Origin: Pseudogymnoascus verrucosus
Taxonomy: Eukaryota
Direction: 5' to 3' (one strand)
Assembly (NCBI GenBank): GCA_001662655.1
Contig: KV460209.1
DNA length: 64,000 bases
Positions 1 to 13,170 of the stretch are shown here, in pieces. The position numbers and the translations under genes are program-made. The notes under the pieces are model-generated. The model had not been told where the DNA came from. It did no database searches and worked only from the letters and a program-made list of their open reading frames with translations. Position 1 is the stretch's first letter. The number at the start of each line of letters is the position of its first letter.

Positions 1-67
1 CGAGTCGAGTACTACTCGAGTAATTACTCGAGTAGTACTCGCAACGAGTAGTACTCGGGCAACACTG
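1..67 (-). mobile_element. Possible DNA-transposon/MITE terminus with palindromic subterminal repeats (rest of element outside window)
   Basis: Perfect 36-bp palindrome at 6-41 (CGAGTACTACTCGAGTAATTACTCGAGTAGTACTCG) and another CGAGTAGTACTCG unit at 45-57. The minus strand starts CAGTGTTGCCC at 67, a hAT-like terminus. The partner TIR and TSD are not visible. Confidence 0.4.
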
Positions 68-766
68 CTTCACAGTTCTTGGCCATCACCACTCACTTCA
101 CCACATAGCACACCCAGCACATGAACACTCGTCTCCAATCCATCTCAAAGTCCCCCTAATCCCAATCATAAAGCGATCAATCATGGCATTTTTTTTATTT
201 TTTATTAACAGAAGACAAAAAAAATAGAGGTGTCCAATACAAAAAAAACATAAAACATTAAAATTTAAACAAAAAACAACACACAAGAAAGGACAAAGAA
301 AACAAATAAAAGAAGAAGAAGCAGCATCGTAAAAATCGTACACACATGCACATGCATCATGCCCCATTCGCACCACCACAGTCACCACATTCATCCCTCC
401 TTTTTCGTGTCGCAAGCTCCATCCCCAATATTTCGGACCTCCTCAATTCATTACAGGCAAACAGATTCTCCGCCACCCACCACCCTCCATGCCATGCCAG
501 TCGCCCAAGCCAGACCACCTACCGTTCGAACCATTTCAAATCCAAAAGCCAGAACCAGAACCAACAAAGGAAATATGTCCCAAAGACGCCCATCTCTGAT
601 CGTGCTATCATACATAAACATAATCTCCCCCCGATGCAACACCCGCATTCCATTAAATAAAAAAAAAAGCCAGCCTCCCATTTTGTTTTCCTTTTGATCA
701 GTCAATCAACCACCGCCCGTCACCACCACCGCCACCAACCCCAATGGTGGGGGAATCCAACAATTT

Positions 767-3554
767 TTACCTCCCTTCAGGTCCTTCAATCAACCCTCCA
801 ATATCAACCCTACTACTCCTCCTCCGACCCCCTCCCTGCGGCGCACCGCTCGGCCCCTCACTTTCTCTCATACGTATAGGCGGGAGTAGGAGCGCGCGTT
901 GATCCGTGCCGCGCGATGATGGGGGCGGGACGTATTGTGCTTGTGCCTGGTCCTGGGTCTGACTTTGACCTTGGCCCTGCGATGACTGCATAGGCGCGAA
1001 TCCCTGTTGGCTCGGTCCCAGACTCTGTTGTCCCTGTCCCTGTCCCTGTCCCATCACTTGTCCCTGACCACCTCCATACGCCGTCCTCACAGGCTGATAC
1101 CCCATCTGCGGATGTCCCTGCTGCGGACCCAAGCCCTGTTGCTGTCCACCAAACATAGGGTCACCCCTATACCCGCCCGCTCCACCACTTCCACCGCCCA
1201 TGTGCATCTGTGTCTGCATCGGCGTCTGCGTCTGTACCTGCACAGCCCCCAGCAATCTCAACACCACATAAAATATCCCCTCCCTCCTCCCCAACCCAAC
1301 ACCCACCTCAAACGCTCTGACCTCTCCACCAGCCCCTTGAAACCCCAACACCTCCCTCGCCTCAACAGCCACGCGCGCCACGTCCTCCTCCGTCATCCCA
1401 ACAGCAGCAATGACGCGTGACTCCTCGCCTGACCCAAATATAGGAGGTAGGTAGTGCGGTTCCCTTGTCTGGCGGAGGTCGTCGAAGATGTGCTGGAGAC
1501 GTGCAGCCGAGGGGCGCGAGGCCGGGGCAAGGATGTCGTGTAAGGAGCGTGCGACGGGAGAGGGAATTCCGGTTGCGTGGGAGAAGGCTGGAGACGCACG
1601 GGCGATTCGTAGGGATGGCGTGAGGTAGAGTACTGGGGGGTCGTGGGGGCGGGCGGTGGCGGGTGGTGGGAAAAGATTTGCATCGGAGGGGGACGCGTGG
1701 TCAAGATAGCGAGGGAGATGTGGTGGTGCTTGGGATTTGAGGACTCGGTAGGAAGAGGAGGATCTGGTGTGGGGTTCGGAGGGTGGTGAGTTGGTGGGAT
1801 AGTGAGGAGCAGAACGGCGGTGGAGGGGGTCAGGTTGCGGGTGAACTGGTTGATCAAGGCGGGTGTTGTGGTCGTCGCGGAGTCGAGGGCGGCCGCGCTT
1901 TTTGTGTACCATATCTATACAGGCATCCTCCTTGTTATTACTCTGACAGCGCGAACATGGCCGTTGTGCTGCATTGTTGTTAGCTTGAGAACCAATAGTT
2001 GTTGTCGTCCACGCAAGCACAATGCCACTTGAAAAGCAAATCTATAAATTCAATCTATAAAGCAAAGACCCTTCAGATAGTTCAAATGAATTTCCATTTG
2101 GATAATCAACCCATATCTCGATCTGGGCCCCGCCATGAAGCATCATCCCTACTCAGGGTCCAATATGATTCCAAGACATAATCAAGCCACACTGTATTCA
2201 GCCCCTGCGCCACATCTCAGATATATCACCTCCGCCGGAGCAACTAAGCCAAAAGGGAAATAAATTGAACAGCCCCAAGAAAACCTGGTAGCGGGACGAT
2301 TTATTGCGATCTCAAATGGAATAAAAAGCCCGCATGCACTAGCAATGCTTAACAGAGAGTACTATACATATCGTGCATCAAGGGTCCCGCTGGCCGCCCT
2401 GACGTCGTCGTTCCTGTCAGCATTGGCGGCTTTTAGCGGGGCATTGCTAGCGGTCGGGGACGCGCTTGTCGGCCCGTGGGCCCGCGAGCGCCGCAGCTAA
2501 ATATGGAAAACAAACTCAAAGCAGAAAGTGGCTGGAACGCTCAACCCGAGAGCCAGAAAAAAAGAACAATCAATATTCCCCAAAAAGGGAGCGCCTCGCG
2601 AGCAAATGCGCCTCACCCGCCGGAGCAAGCATGCACTTGCTGCACGATCCATTCAGCCGGCCGCAGGCAGAATGCGAACATCCCTCTAATCTCACACGCG
2701 CTTGCTTGTGGACCTGAGCGCGACTAATGGGCCGTAGATGACAGCACACCAACGTTTGAGGCTGGCCATGGAAGCCCTCATGGAACAAGTAGAATGGCGA
2801 TCGGCGTCTGCGTAATTTCGAAGTTCATTTAGGCATCCCGCTGCCACGGCGCCTCATTAGAGGAATAATATAAAGATGTACGTACCATCGCATCTGGATA
2901 TTGGTTAGCTCTAATTCCCAACGTCCCGTCGTCGCAATGCTCGAGGGGGGTTCGTTCTCACCTGAGATGCGCTCGCTTGCACGGTACGCATGCAGAAGCC
3001 ACATGGCCTTTCGTCTTCCTCGTCTTCGCAGCCGAGGCGGGCTCTGGTCGCTCGGGCATTTGGAAGGGGTAGTTCGCTGGCCGCGGTTGGTCGAAGCCGC
3101 CGTATGGAGGCAGAGGTGGCGCTGGAAGCTGTGCCGAGGGCTGCGGTGGGTATTGATATGGCGATTGTTCAGCCGGCATCCCCCCTCCCGGCTGATATGG
3201 TGAATATTGCATGGCCATGCTCGGGTTGTGAGAGGTAGCCGAAGGCGGCTCCCTTGCGCCGTCGCGCGCCTCGGTCTGAGGTGGCAGCTGCTGCGCATGC
3301 GTTCGAGTCTGCGGTGGCTGCTGGCCGCCAAACCCGCCGCGGCCGCGGCCACGACCATCGAAGTCATTGTCATGTCGTGGGGGCTTCAGCGGCGAGCCTG
3401 ACATGGGCGGAGACGGGTATGCCCGGCTGCGAGCAGAGTTAGACAGCTCTCTCACCCAATGCGGGTCGAGAGGGGAGCTGGCCAGATGGAGGTTGCTAAG
3501 GAGCTCGGCGGGAGGTATGGGTGAGGAGCTGGAGTGAAGCGCCGACGCTGTCAT
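767..3554 (-). CDS. Zn(II)2Cys6 transcription factor (3 exons: 3554-2962, 2893-2886, 1968-767)
   Basis: Splicing at GTGAG..CAG and GTACGT..GCTAAC..CAG rebuilds ASACVPCKRAHLR-CD-AQRPCSRCQSNNKEDAC, a complete six-Cys cluster followed by KKRGRPR. C-terminus is Q/G-rich. Confidence 0.9.
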
Positions 3555-6500
3555 CGACTTGACGGTTGGGAGGTTGTGTGCGATGTCGCAAGGTCATCTG
3601 CGCCACTACTCCGTGCGATGCGGTGGGATGGTTGGCGTGGTAGATGGTGAGAGGCGCGAGAATGCGTCGAACCTCATATCATAGATGGCATTAGAGAGGA
3701 GTAGAAACTTTGGATGAAAGAAAAAATTGAAAGGCTCGGCTGCAACGCAGGGAACCGAAGGAACAATATTGTATGACGGTGGCAGGCGCTCGGATGAATT
3801 TTGTAGGCCCGATCGGAAGCTTTGTTGTAGAAGATATATAGTTGAGTGACGGGGCAGGACGTTAATAGCAACGAGTGATAAGTCGACGTAGCGAAGTCTC
3901 TCGGGCACGTATCTATAAGATCAAGCAAGGCTATGCGACAGAGGCTCTCTCACTCTGCATAGCATCGCATGGGGGCTTCGCAGAGCAGTTCCTTGCAGGG
4001 CAGGTCTTACAATAGAGGTAGTGGAGTGAGCGCAAGGAAGAAAGGGTAGGAGTGAGCGCAGTGAGAACTGCAAGAAGGCAGGGGCGAGGCTAGTAAGAGT
4101 TCCGTTTTGAGAAGAAGAGCGACGAACAATGCTCGGCGGGCTGCAGCAGAAGATGGCACAGTAGAAGCAGGCCTGTCGTAAGGCGACACGGCGGATTGGG
4201 AGGGAGTAGTTTCGATTTGTGGGGAGTATTAATGGGCAGTGTGTAGTTAAAAAGTGGTCAGGCGTTAGCATGATGATAGGACGGGCCGAGGAAGAGGTGG
4301 CATAATGGACGAGCAGGGAGTGCATCACATCAATGCTGATGATGCTGCTGTGAGCCCTGCAAGTTGTGTATGAGTGTATGTATTGAGTGTGTTGTGTTGG
4401 GAAGATTATGTGTGTGAGTGTGTGTCCGTGTGTTTGTGTCCGTCTTGACGTGTGGGAGGCCGGGGTCGAGGGAGGGGGGGGGAGGAGGAGGGAGAAGGAG
4501 GGAGAAGGAGGGAGAGAGAAGGAGGGACAAGGCGAAGGAGGTTCAGAACGAGGATGAGTAGGTAAGAATAGAAAAGAAAGGAAGGATTGAGAGACGGGCG
4601 AGGCGCAAGGAAGGAGCAAGCAATAGGGCATCTGAACATTCTACAGACTGGGAAGAATGAAAAAGTGGATATGTGAGCGTTGGATCAACAGGGCGCCGCT
4701 CATCTGAAGTGACGAGGGGCATTTATTTGAATGGGGCCCCCGCCAGTCTAGGCTCGAAGTAGACAAGTGTTTGTTTTGGGAATTGTACCCTTCCATGAAA
4801 GATCGACGACGGCGAAAGTTGCAGTGACGGGCAAGACAGGGCCAATAAGTGCTCCACAGAGTAGGATGACAGGGGCGGCTAATAGGAATGTTAGCCGGTT
4901 ACCATAGAATAAGGAAGGCATGGAAGGCGAATTGGAGGAAGATTTTCAAGAACGGAGGATCTCAGAACGGGACAATCCACAATCGACAATCTCATATCCG
5001 TCGGTAAGACGGAGAGAGTGGAGAAGGGGGGAGGGGGGAAAGGAAGTGGTAGGATGCAAGGTTAGCCAGGAAGCAAGGTGTGCGTATTTGCTGCTGCTCT
5101 AAGATGCGCTGAGCTGCACGTACAGGCACAGCACATGCAATGCACACGCAAGAGACCCACGCATCGGTGCGACAGTATTGACCGTTAGAGCAGGTAACAC
5201 TGCAGATATTAGACGTACGTACGTGCAATGTCCGCGAGGTATCATACTCGAGCAACAGTAGTAGACGTTGTATGAAGAGCAGCTGCTGTATCTTGACTTT
5301 GTATGCGCTGTACAGTCCGGATGCCGTATGTATGCCCGTTATGCTGTGTGCCTCTGGTGATGCTTGTATACCGTGTCTTGTCCTCCTCCTCTGCACAAAA
5401 TAATATCCTGCAAAGTACGTGTCAGCTCGTAATCCTGGGCCAGTTGAGTTGATCTATCTGTCTCCCTGCCTGCCTGTGTTCTCGGTCCGCGTTGGTGTCC
5501 ACGCTGGTCCACACTGGCCCACGCTGGCCCATGCTCATCCACGTCAATTTCTAGCCTGGGAAGGCATTAAACCGGATGCATTGGGACAGATATGCTGCGG
5601 CACGGCGGAGGTGCCTGCAGGATGCTTGCGGTATGCTTCCGGTATGCTTGAGAATGCCTACATCAGCAATATACAGCCCGTACAGGGAAGGATGGGATAG
5701 TACATTGAGCACATCACAATGCCCACAAGGGGTACAGTGAATGCCGACGGTGTATTATGATTGAGGAAGTATACATTATGAACTAGGAGACACACATAAT
5801 TACTATAGTTTGTGTCCGAAGGCTGGATTTATTGAGGTTGTTGGAGATGTTGGAAATATTAGAAATGGAAATGTTAGAGTCTCTCCTCTCTAGTAGAATT
5901 CGAAGCTGTCAATCGCCATCTGAGACATGTACCAGTACCACCCATCCGCATAATGTTTTGCCATGTACTGTTTGTACCGGTGGTATCTCCGGGCGGTGTT
6001 CGTACCTCAAATGTCTTTTTGGTGCATGAACTGGTGGGTGAAACACCGATGGTACGTACTCGAGGACTTGGGAGTTCGATCCCCATGTTAGACCCCCATG
6101 CTGGATCCCTGACGCTAGGCTGCTTCGGGTAATGAGGTTCGATGGAAGTTATAAGACTGATGTTTTGCATGTTTTGCATGTTTCGGATGATTGCTGCGAA
6201 GAAAAGATGCGGATTAGGGTAAGGGCAGGGAGATTTAGGGCAGGATATGATTCTGATTTGCCTCTCTTTTCATTTGCTGTAGTTTATAGTATACATATCC
6301 ACTTGCCTAATTTGATACACCGTATCAGCCTACTACTGTATCTGTACTGTATCCCACATAAGTCCCGCATATCAAGATCGATATATCTCCCTCTAAGCCA
6401 TCCAAGAGAGAGCGCCATGCATCCCTACCCTTCTCTCGGGTCCCGCCACGGTCCCGCCAACACGAACGGCCAGGACGTCCCACAGCGGACCCTTCCCCTC

Positions 6501-9500
6501 CTTCACCGTCCTCCAAGACCTCCCACAACGGTCCGCCAGCCCGGCCCATCCTCTCGCCGAGCGATTTCTTTTCTTCTCATCCTTCCCTCAGAAAACGCAT
6601 AATAAGTCTCACAAACGCATAGCAAAACCTCACAGAAGCTCACAAAACGCATAATCCCCCATCTCACCTTCATCGCCGTCGGAGATATCACACCCCCCAC
6701 CCTCCCCGCAGTTTGATCGCCGAGTCCCCCCCTCAGGCGCCCAATCGGCCTCAGACCCGAGCAGCGCATGACAGGCAACGAACGAAGGAAACCGAGATCG
6801 GGAAAAAGGAGAGAAAAAAAGAAAAACAGGGGAACAAGAAACCGCCCAGCCCATCCTTCCCGCACCTTGGCGTCCAACAACAGCACCGCCTTTTCCTGCT
6901 TACCATCGTCCTAGCGCACCATCACATGGCGAAGATGGAAGTTCGGTAAAGTCGGAATGGCAGCGTAGGCACAGCCACTTCAGGGGCAATCCTTGCCGAT
7001 CCGAAACGGGGCTCGGGCGCGCGCGCGATCGTACCTGAGATTTACGGTATACGGCGGTCGACGGGCGAGGTGCCGGTGCAGGGCTATCCCTGTGCCACGG
7101 TGGTCCTGTGTACGTGGTGCCTCGGTTTAGTATGCGTTGGTGAGCTGGTTCGGTAAGCTGGTCTTTTCTTCTCTGCATCTGTGCTGAAGCTTCATGTTAG
7201 GCTAGTGTGAGTTATGGCATAGATGGTGGTGGGCGCGTGCCTCGGAGGCGGGTTGGTTAATGCGTGGGAACGTGGGGACGGTTCTTTATTTCCCGGCGCG
7301 ATGAACTGCTACGATGCGTTTTGTGTGGATCGGCGGGGGTTTGCGACTTGGGGCGGTACAGTTGGTTTATGCGTTCCTGGTCGAGTTTCTGCTTCTGTTC
7401 CTGTTCCTGCGATTGTTCCTCCGTTATTCCTGGTCTTGTTCATGTTCATGTTCTCTGTTCATGGTTACATCCACTCCCTGTTTCCCCAACTCTCATCCCA
7501 ACCCAGCATGCATTTCTCACACAACTCAGCCCCAAACAGCCAAACACGCACAGGCCCCCATATCCATCCCAAGTTCCTGCGATCAAGCACACATAGAGCA
7601 AACCCCGAGAACGGTGTCTGCGGGCCGGGCGCCGATGCCAGATAGGTGCCAGAGCACATGTCTGTCCGCGAGATGTTGGGACGGACGCCACCCGAGATAG
7701 CCGTGGCTACTGTGGCCGGAGCTTATAGTTAGTTCTATTATCAATCAGCCGGAATTATCTGTGCCATATTACGTATGTTTTGGGGACCAGGTGTTTCCAC
7801 GACCAAGGCCATCACAAAGCCGAGGAATGGGCAATGTAACATGGGGTCATGATTTGAACAAGCAAAGTATTAGCTCATGCACTTCACTGGAGATCTAGAA
7901 AAATACTCTATACCCTCTCTGACCGCCACATGCCACCAGCATAACTTCATTGTCATATTGGTGGCTTCGCATTCAAATCGGCTACAAAGGCATCCTGACT
8001 AACCTTTGCCTCTACATTCCGCATTTTTCGTAGTAGTAACATACCTAAAAACGAGAGTTTATATTTGGAGGACTATCTGACTACTGATTTAGGCCCCGCC
8101 CATAATCTGGGCTCGGGCAAAATGACAAAAGCTTAAGCTCCTTAGTGGGCTAATTTAATATCAACCGCCAGATCCTACTAGAACATAAAATCATAAAATG
8201 AGCGATTCCAACATATTCCCCGCCATCTAACAATGTTTATCTACCAGATTTAGCCAGACCCTAGCAAACAAGAATGTTTATCTGGAGACTTATCTCGCAT
8301 TCATCAAGGTTAAGTTCCCCATCAAGCCAATACCTAGCCGTCATCACAGGAAATGAGTCAATCCCGATGTTCTGGCATTTCTGCTCCCTACTTCCAAACG
8401 GCACATCATACAGCCGTATCTAGCCTGTGAAAGCTGGCAATCTCCGCCACGGATAATGAATGAGGATACCTGGTTATAGACAAAAGCCCCGTTACGACCC
8501 TCAAGGGAAGTTCCGTCCGCTGTGTCCGCTGTTGGACTGGTGTACACATAACACACCGAAAGGAGGCGCAGCTCCTGTGTCAATGCATGGTAACTGGCTA
8601 CTCCCTTCATAAACCCATTATGACCAATCCCATCCGGGTGCGTTATTGCAGGGCTGTGAGCTATAGGATGTGAGTGCCCAACTCATGGTACCGACGGAAG
8701 AGTAATTGCAGGTGTGGAGCTTTGACACGTTGAACATGATGAAGGTCTGATGAGTGACTGGTAAGGGAGTTTGGTATCTGTGTGAGATCTTATAATGGAA
8801 GAGGGGAGATTCATGCTTGTATATATAGACCTTGATTTTTCAACTATATAGGCGCTGAGACGTAATGTTGACGTGTGGTAAGACATTGACCCTACGGTTC
8901 TCTGCATAACCACCTTATAGGCTCTTATATGTTAACTATGCACGTTAAGTAGAATCTTCAATCCTCCATTCTGAATCTCCATCCTCCATTTCTCTAGGTG
9001 ACTTTTCGCAGAAAGGTATCTCATCCTATATCTCACCGCACATACTTCAAATGGTAATATCACCATCATCCAAAAAGAAACCCCCTCAACCCAATAAAAC
9101 CAAATCCAACCTCTCCATTCCACACCTCCCCCCTTTCCACCATGATTTGGAATCCCACCCCCCATCACCTTCCCCCCCTCTCAACAAACGCACCCACCCG
9201 CACCGCAGCCAACCGCACGAACAGGCGGGGTAATCGCCACGATTCCAAATCTCCCCCCCACTGGATCAACGGTGGGGTGTGCCGTCATCGTCGCGCCTCA
9301 GGCCAGACAAAGGAGGGAGCACTGACTACTGCAGGCAAGGACGCGCGTGGGACACTCGCGGTGTGGTGGACGTGTCTCGCTAATTGTCCGGTGGGAGCGG
9401 AGAGGTGGTGGTGGTGGTGTGACGTGCGGTGGCGCTGGGCGGGTTGTTGTGGTACTGTGTTGGGATGGGATGGGGAGCGGGGGCACGTGGATGGTGGAAA

Positions 9501-9652
9501 GGTGGATATATTGAAGGGAGGTAGATTATATGTGGTATGTATGTATGTACAATATAGTATCAACGCTATGGACCAACCCGTCTTCGCCAGATAAAATCCA
9601 AATCGTGGTGCTTACCCCAAGGCAGCAGGATGGTGATGGGATTTCCAAACAT

Positions 9653-12565
9653 CTAGATCCTCGCCTCGACGTCCGCAAACTCCGCGAGGCCGCGCCACTC
9701 GGTCTCCGGCCAGATGAGACGGATAGTCTCCCAGATATGCCTAGTCAATCACGTTAGCACAACCAGATCTCATGTCCAAAGACGACAGAAACTTACCTAA
9801 CATGCACAATCTCCAGTCCCTGCTTCACCTCGTCCGGCAGGTCCCTCGCATCCTTCCTGTTCCCCTCCGGCAGTATCACTTTCTTGACGCCAGCCCGGAG
9901 TGCTCCAATCAGCTTCTCCTTAATCCCACCCACGGGATGCACACGGCCCCTGAGTGACAGCTCTCCGGTCATCGCTACGCTTGGAGGCACCGCGCGATCC
10001 GAGAACAAACTCACCAATGCTATTGCATGCGCCATACCCGCGCTGGGTCCATCCTTGGGCACTGCGCCGCCAGGACAGTGGACGTGAATGCTGCGCGACT
10101 TCATGATATTCTCTCCCGGCTGGGCGAGCCCGAGGTCCGCGGCATGCGCCTTGACCCACGACAGAGCGACCTCAACGGATTCCTTGAGTACGGCGCCGAG
10201 GGTGCCGGTGAGCTGGACGGAACCAGAGCCGGGCATGTCGGCTACCTCGATGAAGAGGATAGAACCGTTCCCGCCTGAGGCGTAGGCGACGAGTCCGGTC
10301 ACAATGCCGGGACGGGCGCGGGTCTCGGCGAGCTCCTCGTCAAATTTCTCGGTGCCGAGGATCTCTTCAATTTCTGCGAGGGTGAGGACGGGGTTGTAGG
10401 ACGTGAGGGCAGAACTGTCGAGGGCATCGGAATAGGCGACTGCCTTAGCGCGGCAGACTGCGCCGAGCTCGCGCTCGAGGTTGCGGACGCCGGCTTCGCG
10501 GGTGTACGACTCGATAATCTTGCTAGTGACTTCGTCGGGGAAGATGACGTTGGTGAGATCAAGCCCGTTGGTGCGGATCTGCTTTGGGATGAGATGCTGA
10601 GAGGCAATGTGACGCTTCTCGAGAGTGGTGTAGCCAGGCAGCTGGATGGTCTCCATACGGTCAAGGAGGGGAGCAGGGATGGTGGAGAGGTCATTCGCGG
10701 TGGCGATGAAGAGAACCTTGGAAAGGTCGATTGGGATATTGACGTAGTGGTCAGTGAAGGAGTGGTTCTGTTCTGGGTCGAGGACCTCGAGCATTGCAGC
10801 GCTGGGGTCGCCGTGGAAGTTAGATGTGCCGACTTTGTCGATCTCGTCGAGGAGGATGACCGGGTTCGCAACACCCACCTTCTTCAACCCGCTAACGATC
10901 AGTCCGGGCATCGACGCGACGTATGTGCGCCTGTGTCCGCGGATCTCGGCTTCGTCTCTCACTCCACCGAGTGAAATGCGATGGAATTTCCTTCCGAGAG
11001 CCGTGGCAATTGATTTCGCGAGCGAAGTTTTACCGACACCTGGCGGGCCAGCGAGAAGCAGGATGGGTGATTTGTCAACCATTCTCTTGCTCTTCAGAAT
11101 CTGGATTTTGGAGCTGTCAACAGCGGGAACCTCCTTCTTTGGTTCAGCTTCGGCAGCATCCTCGGGCTTCTCAGCCGATTTTGCCAGTTCGGTGGCCTCC
11201 GCCTCAGCAGACTTGATCTGCGCTTCTACGCCATCATTGATCGATTGCTTGAGCCTGAGAACTGCAAGGTATTCAAGCAGGCGCTTCTTCACTTTGTCGA
11301 GTCCATAATGGTCATCGTCCAGTTGCTTCCGAGCTCGCTTCAGTGTGTCGGCACCTAGCTTATCCTCCGTCACCGCAGACCAAGGGATCTCGGCCAGGTT
11401 CTCGAGATAGGTCCTTATGACATTATACTCTGCTTGTTGCTGTGGCATTTTCTTTAGCCTCTTTAATTCTCGGCCGGCAACCTTTGCGGCCTCTGGTGTA
11501 AGCCCTGCCGCCTCGATTTTCTGCTCTAGCTCATCGACCTCGTTCGGCTCTTGGTCGTCCTGTGGCGGGCCTTGCCCTGACCCCGGGATTCCCGGCATAG
11601 GAGCGATCCGATTCAGTGTCCGGGACCTCTGCCTGTTCAGGAGATCAATCTCACCGTTCATAGGAACAGTGGACGAGGTCATTGACGTAATTTTGATATT
11701 TCCCTTAATAGCCGCAACCTGCTTGTTCAGCAGCTCTATGGCCCTCTCAAGACGTGTCCTGACGTCTATCGCGGCTAAAATCTGTAACTTCTCCTCAAGA
11801 GTTGCCTCCACGAGATTCGACACAAAGTCCGCAAGTGACCCAGCTTCTGATATATCTTTCTTCGCAATAAACATTTCGATCCGTCGTGCCAGCATAGGCG
11901 TGAGGTTTGATTGCCCTGATAGTCGCGGAAGGAGAGATGTAAGTCGAAGCAGTGCTAATAGTTCTCTCGAAAGGGTCTTCAATGTTCCGAACATGGCTTG
12001 AACTTCCGTATCCTTTGGCGATGGTGCTGGAAACATTAGCACTACATCACCACAGACAGGGGTTCTTCGGAATTGTGCACTTACCGACATCGGTCTCATA
12101 CTGAACTTCTGCCTCAAAAAACGGTCGCTCCTGGGTAACCCTGAGAACCCTCACCCTGCTCACCCCTTCCACAATCAAGGAAAACTCCCCTGTCCCCCTT
12201 CCCTCGACACCCGAGATCTTTGCTGCGGTGCCCCAGGTAAATAGATCATCCTTTTTCGCACTTGCTGGATCCGGAATTTTGTATTTGCTCGCCTTGCCAT
12301 CCTTATCCTTCAATTCATTCTCCGTGAGCAGCTTCTGGCCGTTGCTGCTGAGCAGTGGCGAGTTCATCGGTACGCAGATGACATGTGCATTATGGTAGCG
12401 CTGTGAGGCCGGTTTCCCCGAGGCCCGTGTATAGACTTGCGATAGTAAAGCTGGTATATCAGGTCGAGATGCGGCGAATGGAATCCGGAGGCCGTTGCCA
12501 GGGAGTAGGACAGTGTCGGCCGCAAGGGGGATTACTGGCACCTTCTGGGCTCTCGCTGGAGCCAT
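9653..12565 (-). CDS. LONP2: Peroxisomal Lon protease (Lon2/Pln)
   Basis: LON N-domain (MAPARAQKV...), AAA+ Walker [10 protein letters not shown], Walker B ILLDEIDK, protease motif PKDGPSAG with downstream K (GGIKEK). The last exon ends ...DVEARI*, a PTS1-like tripeptide. Confidence 0.93.
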
Positions 12566-13170
12566 GACTGGAGTTGGTGGCAGAAGAGGCGGTTCGTATA
12601 AAATATAGTTGAAGCGTATTAGATGCAATTCGAAATTAAAGCGTATGTGTTATAGATATGTGCAAATTCGTAGTCTTCCAAGACGTTCTATCGTTCTGAC
12701 GTGTGTTTAGTGAGCATCGAGTCCAGGACGTCGCCGAGCCGCGGATGTACCTCGGCACATGCCATGCCCAGTTTAGCAGCGTCTGGACCATAACCCCGGA
12801 TTTAACTACAAGGGTAACAACACACGACCAACCACCACATCCACACATGTGCCTCCGTCCAGAACCAAGAGTATAAATTCAACTGGGTACATACGATTGC
12901 GGGGTACGCGGATATTCATCACATCATGTCTTGAGAAGTTAAACGGCTTTAATAGTTTCCGAGTCACTGAGAGTCTTCATTTGATGAATAGTTGCTATAA
13001 TGGGAGAGACAGCCAGAGCATGATATCGCCACCCCATTGGCAAAGATGAATGGTATTGTAACCTAACATATCCCCGAAATGCATATTCCATACGCCAGCT
13101 CAAAATAGCGCCGAATCTACCTCCCAACTCCTATTGAAACAGCGCCGTAATGAAGTGCACGAACCCAAAA

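Noticed and set aside
2300..2800. TPP riboswitch in the long TF intron
   Set aside because: The conserved CTGAGA and GAACCTGAT/GATAATGC elements were not found in the right arrangement on the transcribed strand.
3606..7700. Many 60-236 aa ORFs upstream of the first TF
   Set aside because: Low-complexity translations of purine/pyrimidine tracts; more consistent with a long 5' UTR/promoter.
9884..12001. Antisense ORFs over Lon (likewise over DDB1, bqt4, the TFs and DAO)
   Set aside because: Shadow frames of GC3-rich coding sequence with no recognisable motifs.
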